From positions 124,001 to 188,000 of the forward strand of contig JABLTG010000001.1 in NCBI GenBank assembly GCA_016618085.1: DNA of 64,000 nucleotides, read 5' to 3'. The position numbers and the translations under genes are program-made. The notes below the pieces were generated by a model, which was not told the origin of the DNA, ran no database searches, and saw nothing but the letters and a program-made list of their open reading frames with translations. This DNA comes from Neovahlkampfia damariscottae (taxonomy: Eukaryota). How positions within the stretch are numbered: position 1 is the first letter of the stretch; the number at the start of each line of letters is the position of its first letter. Shown in pieces: positions 57,793 through 64,000 of the stretch.

Positions 57793-60082
57793 ATGGAAAA
57801 CGAATTAAAAAAGTCAAAGAAAACAGTTTTACCAGTAGAAGGAGAACGTAATGTTTTAATCACAAGTGCTCTACCATACGTAAATAACGTACCTCACTTA
57901 GGAAATATAATCGGAGCTGTACTTTCAGCAGATGTCTACGCCAGGTAAAAAAAAAAAAAAAAAATTTAAAAAAAAAAATCAAAAGATATTGTAAACAAAG
58001 AGGATATAATGCAATATATATTTGTGGTACTGATGAATATGGTACAGCTACAGAAACAAAAGCTTTGAAAGAAGGACTTACTCCACAAGAAATTTGTGAC
58101 AAATACCATAAAATTCACGCTGAAATATATGAATGGTTTGATGTTGATTTTGATCATTTTGGTAGAACTTCAACAGAATGGCAAACAAAAATAGCTCAAG
58201 ATATTTTTTTAAATCTTTATAAAAATGGATACATGGAAGAAGGAAGTTTGGACCAACTTTTTTGTGAAACTTGTCAAAGATATTTAGCTGATAGATACGT
58301 CAGAGGAACATGTCCAAATTGTGAATATGATGATGCTGCAGGAGATCAATGCGACAAATGTGGAAAGTTATTAAATCCTTCAGAATTAGTAAAACCACAT
58401 TGTTCAGTTTGTTTAAAAACACCAATACCAAAGACTACAAATCACATTTTTTTGAATTTACCAAAATTAGAAAAACAAATTGAAGAATGGAAGAATGAAT
58501 CAATTAAATCAAATGGATGGACAAATATTGCTATTGATATCACAGAATCATGGATTAAAGACGGTTTAAAACAAAGATGTATCACTAGAGATTTAAAATG
58601 GGGTACACCTGTTCCTTTAGAAAGTCATAAAGAAAAAGTGTTTTATGTTTGGTTTGATGCTCCAATTGGTTATGTTTCAATCACAGCTAATTATACAAAT
58701 GAATGGGAAAAATGGTGGAAAAATCCAAAGAATGTTGAATTAGTTCAATTTATGGGAAAAGATAATGTGCCATTTCATTCAATAATCTTCCCAGGTTCAT
58801 TACTTGGTACCAAAAATATAGTATTTTAACCTTTCAAAAAGGAACTGGTCAAGATTGGACAAAAGTTAATAAATTAAGCTCAACTGCTTATTTAAATTAT
58901 GAAGAAGGAAAATTCAGTAAAACAAGAGGAACAGGTATTTTTGGTGATCATGCTAAAGATACTGGAATTGAAGCAGAAGTATTTCGTTATTATCTTTTGG
59001 TGAATAGACCAGAAACAGGTGATTCAGAATTCAATTGGTTTGATTTTGGAGAAAAGAATAACACAGAACTATTAAACAATTTAGGTAACTTTGTCAACAG
59101 AGCATTAAAATTTGCATCATCAAATTTCGAAGGAAAAGTTCCAAAAGATGAAATTGGAGATGCAGAAATGGATGTTATAAAAAAGATTGATTTATTAATG
59201 AAAGAATATATCAATGCATTGGAAAATATTAAACTTAAAGAAGGTTTAAAAATTGTTTTAAAAATATCATCACTTGGTAATTTATATCTTCAAGAACAAA
59301 AACCATGGGATATTATTAAAACAGATGTAAAGAGATGTGGTGCTGTTGTTAATTTTGCAATTCAAGTTTCTTATTTATTAGCAACAATTGCAGAACCATA
59401 TCTTCCTGGTTTTTCAACAAAACTTCTTGGACAAATTAATTTCAAACCTGAAGTTAATAAAATTCAAGATAAATTTGATTATACTATCATCAAAGAAGGA
59501 CATCAAATTGGCACAGTTGCTCCAATTTTCAAAAAGTTACAAACAAAAGAATTAGAAGGATTTAGAGAAAAATATGGTGCAAAAACATTTGATTCAAATC
59601 TTATTGTTGGAAAGATTATTAAAGTTGAAGAAGTTGAAAATTCTGATACTCTCTTTAAATTTCAAGTTGATATTGGTGAAAATAAACCAAAACAAGTTCT
59701 TGCTGGAATTAAGAAATTTTATCAATCATCTGATTTACAAGATTTATCAGTTATTGTTGTAGCAAATTTGAAAGTTACAAAAATTGGAGGTGAAACAAGT
59801 GAAGGAATGATACTCACTGCTGGTGATAAAAAAAGAAAAAAAATTGTTTTGTTATCAGCACCAAAAGAATCAAAACCTGGTGATTCTATTTATCCAAAAG
59901 AATATCCAACGATTCCATCACAAGCAATTTTATCAAAAAGTTTATTGGACAAAATATTGAAGAAATTTAAAATTGAAGAAAATGGTGAAATTTCTTATAA
60001 AACTCATTTTCTTGTGAATTCTGGAAAAAATTCAGTTTTTGTTGACAAATCAAAAATTGAAAAAGGATTTGAAATTAAATAA
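57793..60082 (+). CDS. MARS1: Cytosolic methionyl-tRNA synthetase with C-terminal EMAPII/Trbp111-like tRNA-binding domain
   Basis: [16 protein letters not shown], Zn knuckles, [15 protein letters not shown]; introns at 57945-57985 and ~58807-58841. Confidence 0.96.
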
Positions 60083-60155
60083 AAATTTTGTTAAAATTAT
60101 TGGAGCGTTCTAAAAAATTTCATTGGATATTCTTGACTCATTAAACAAAACAAGG

Positions 60156-62314
60156 ATGAAAATTTACTTGGTTTTTATTTTGTTTTTTTCTGTTGCTTTT
60201 GCTCAAGAGGAATTAGAAGGAGCTTCTATTTTCAATAGAGGTTTTAATTTCAGGTATATTGTTTTTTTTTAAATATTTTTGTAAAAAGAGAAGGATCAGT
60301 TATACCTGTTGATAATTCAAGAACGAAAATATTTAAAGCTACTATTGATTCAAAATCTGAAATTTGGTCACCTCCTGGACAACCAAATTTAAAATTCAAA
60401 ATTCCAAGAGAATTAAAAATTGATGGATTTGAAAAAACATTGTTAGAATTACCATCACTATTCGTAAAATCAGTTGATGATTTAATAGCTCAAGAACTTA
60501 CAAGCGAAAATTTGAAATTAAATTTCGGAAATATTTTGAATATCAAAGAGTTCGGAAGAGGAGACAAAGAATCAAATGAATATAAAAAACTCCGAAAAAT
60601 GATTGAAGAAACCAAATTTAAAATTATAAGTTTAGGACTTTATGGCTTAAAACAATTTAATTTAAAAAGAAAAGATGAATTCTTAACTGATTTAAGTTCA
60701 ACTTTTGAAAACGTTTTAAAATCATTACCAACAAATCCAAAAAGTCAAAAAGACTTAGAAAAGTATAAACAAGTCATTGAAAACTATGGTGGATTTTTCA
60801 TGGATGAAGCAAATTTTGGTGGATTTTTAAAACATTATATTGTCATGACTGAAAAATTACTTGATGAAAAAGAAAAACCATGGATAAAAAAAGAAGAATT
60901 ACTTTTATTTATGAAAAGAATTCAAATGACACAAGAAACTAATTGGGATAAATTTTTTGATGAAAATAAAAATGAAATATTTTCATTCAAAGGAGGTGAT
61001 AAAAATTTACAAAATGTTGAAAAAACAAAGGAATGGATTAAATCAATTGTTAAAAAATCACTTTTAATTTCATCAAATTTAAGACCAATTTCTGATTTAC
61101 TTGCTATTACACCTGCTAAAAAAGCCAATTTAGAACATGTTATTTTAAGATATTCTGCCTTTGGTAAACTTGAATTACCACCTTGTTCACAATTGATTGA
61201 AGGAGTTCCTAAAATACCAGGTTACAATGTTCTTGGTAATGGATTTGATCCATTTGAAATGCAAGTTAAATCAAATGTTTTTTATCATGATGTTCATGGA
61301 TTTAATAAAACAACAAGATGGAAAAATCCATTTCATCCAGAAATTCAATTTGTAATTCCATCAAGTTGTAAAATTACAGAATCAACTTCTACACAAACAA
61401 ATTCATCAGAAACATTTTCAAGAAAAAATCAATTTGCTGAATATTTAGGAAATAAAAGAATTGGTCAACAATTTCCTGGAATTTCAAGTCAATCAAGAAT
61501 TAATTTTAAATTTGAAAAAAATTTAAAAAAAGATTTACATAAAGTTGAAGTTGAAAATACAATTCAATGGTATCAATTAGATTTAGATCCTTTATTAACA
61601 TTTGATCCAAATTTAGCAGAGAAATTTATGAATCCACGTTTGAAAATTTCATTTGATAAATTAAGTTCAACATGTACTTCTGATGAAGAAAAAAAACAAT
61701 ACAGAGGAATTATTGAAAATTGGGGAACTGATTTAGTTATGAGTTCATTATTGGGTGGTTATTTTAAAATTGAAATGTTCTATCCTCAAGATTTCTTAAT
61801 TAATAATACAGTTACTGAAATTGAAGAAATTGCAACACATATTTTTCAAAAATCATGTGATAATTGGAATTATGATTACAAAAAAGATAAAGAAGTACCT
61901 AAATTCTTTAAAAAAGATACTACTTATGAATTAATTACATCAGGTTTTGAAATTGAAAAACCAACCAATAATAAAACACCTTGGCAAATATTTTCAGAAG
62001 GAGTAAGAACATCATCAGATGCTCTTTCTTTTAAATTGAACCCAATTTCAACATTGTTAATGAGAACACCTGCAAAATATGCTTGTATGAATACAGCCAT
62101 TGCAGATTATAAAAAAGAGATGGGTAATAAATATCCAGGTGTTTCTTCAACAGTTATTGATCATAAAAAATGTTTTGAAGAATGTTTTGGAAGAAAAGTT
62201 GAATCAAATTTGATTGATAGAATCACATTAAAATGTAAGAAAAACAAAGAATGTTATGAAAGAAATATTGGAGCAAGAGCTACTGCTTGTGTTTTAAAAT
62301 GTGATAATTTATAA
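60156..62314 (+). CDS. Secreted protein with two tandem MACPF (perforin-like) domains
   Basis: Signal peptide at 60156; IENYGGFFMDEANFGG and IIENWGTDLVMSSLLGG signatures; LGNGFDP; Cys-rich C-terminus; one short intron starting ~60254. Confidence 0.8.
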
Positions 62315-62758
62315 AATTATTTTTGTTTTCTGCACCATGCATGTTTGATGAAACTTTTTTTCATTAATTAGGAAATCAATTTTCTTTCAAAATTGGGGGT
62401 TTGTGTTTTTGTGAACTTTTTTTTCCAACAGTGAATTCCAATTTAACATTGAAGAAATTGATTGTTGGTTCATATTTAACTTTTCTTTGTTGAAAATTTA
62501 AAAGTGCTTCAGCTGTGATATTTAGAAGTTCTGTTGCCATATCTAACAGCTTCTTCACTTGATTTGATTTTTTGAATTGTCTTTCTTCTTTTTTTTTTTT
62601 TGACATCATTTGTATTGGTTCAACAACATCTTCATTTATCTTGAAATTCTCTTGTGTTAGAAGAGCAAAAAATGAAGAATTGGTTTTTACAATTTAAACT
62701 TTAGAAAGATCTTATTGGTAGAAAAAGATATTTGATTCTTCACGGACAAAACTCAAAA

Positions 62759-64000
62759 ATGCATTCAAAAGAAAAAGAACAAAAAACTCAAAAAAAAAAA
62801 ATTAAGACTAAAGGTTCAATCAAACCAAACGTAATTGAAACTCCAAAATCAATCAAGAAAAATTACAAGAAAAAACCAGCAAAAAAATCAACAGAAAAAC
62901 CAAAAGAATCAACAAAAAAATCAATAGAAAAACTAATAGAAAAACCAAAAGAATCAACAAAAGAATCAACAAAAAAACCAAAAAAATCAACAAAAAACAA
63001 AATTAAAAAAGATGAAATGATGGTAGAAGAAATTGAATTCAAATCAACTTTAGATGTTGATGCTTCTCAAACCAAATTTTCAAATGAAGAAATTGATCAA
63101 TTTATCAAACAATATCACATTACTGTTTCAGATAAAAAAGAAGTGAATCCAATGTTAACATTTGCATCAGGAAATTTTCCACAATTTATCATGGATGAAC
63201 TTTCAAATTTCAAATTTCCAACTCCAATTCAATCAATTTCATGGCCAATCATTCTTGCAAAAAAAAATATTGTGAGTATTGCAAAAACTGGTTCAGGTAA
63301 AAGTTTAGCCTTCATTATTCCTGCAATTTTACATATTAAATCACAACAAGTGGAGAATAGAAATGGACCAATAGTTTTAGTGATGACACCAACAAGAGAA
63401 TTGGCACAACAAATTGCTTTAGTTTTTAAGCAATTTTCAAATGGAATTGATGTTGATTGTATTTATGGTGGTCGCAAAAATAATGAAAAAAAAAGATTAA
63501 ATGATACTGAGATTTTAGTAGCAACACCAGGAAGATTGGAGGAATTGATTCGTTTTGGGAAAATTTCAATGGAGAGTGTTTCATACTTTACATTAGATGA
63601 AGCTGATATAATGCTTGATATGGGATTTGCAAGAGTAAAATTCAATCATTTCTCTAATTTAATATTTTTAGGAAATAAAAAAAATTGTCGCAAAAATCCC
63701 TGAAGAAAGACAAACTTTAATGTTTAGTGCAACGTGGAAACCAGAAGTTCAAAAAATAGCCGAAGATTTTTGTCCAAAATCAGTCAAAGTTAACATTGGA
63801 AAATTTGATATTTCAGCCAATGAAAATATTGAACAGAAATTTCTTTCATACAAAGAAGCAAGTGATCATTATCAACAGTTATTAACCATCCTCAAAGATT
63901 TAAATGAAAAAAAATCAAAAGCTTTAATTTTTTGTGATTCCAAAAATAGAGCTGGAAAATTGAATAAAAAATTACAAAAGGAAGGTTTTAAAACTGCAGA
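62759..64000 (+). CDS. DEAD-box RNA helicase (DBP2/DBP3-like), truncated by window end
   Basis: PTPIQ, AKTGSGKS, PTRELAQQ, TPGRL, DEAD, SAT; K-rich repetitive N-terminus. Confidence 0.93.

Noticed and set aside
62865..63000. AAAAACCAAAAGAATCAAC-type repeats
   Set aside because: They encode the low-complexity K/E/S/T-rich N-terminus of the helicase; not an independent element.

Overview
Very AT-rich, gene-dense nuclear DNA of a eukaryotic microbe. It uses the standard code and has many ~30-45 nt GT-AG introns. The gene content (RCC1-EGF-TM protein, MACPF, PPR proteins, ankyrin-PARP) suggests a free-living protist, possibly heterolobosean; that placement is inference. There are about 30 protein genes: ankyrin-WGR-PARP, kelch, CysQ/IMPase-like phosphatase, MAU2, a carboxylic-acid-reductase-like enzyme, NAD synthetase, cytochrome b5-acyl-CoA dehydrogenase, WD40, RanBP9, DEGS, MDH1, PPRs, ELL-like, POT transporter, aquaporin, ABC, FYR-DDT, DnaJ, SET, MetRS, double MACPF and a DEAD-box helicase. 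There is also one tRNA-Asn. Highlights: (1) a 605-bp non-coding element with Polinton/Maverick-type AGTAGTAGT termini, 58-bp TIRs and a 6-bp TSD; (2) a decayed ~2-kb intronless island resembling an endogenous virophage/Polinton-like-virus fragment, next to a retropepsin-like pseudogene; (3) an SH3-ZZ-A-T-R fusion that appears only after splicing; (4) tiny introns that often lack a pyrimidine tract; (5) a sense-strand CCAATC motif just upstream of many start codons. Family calls come from motif recognition by eye; no database search was run. Exon boundaries of multi-exon genes are approximate unless stated.
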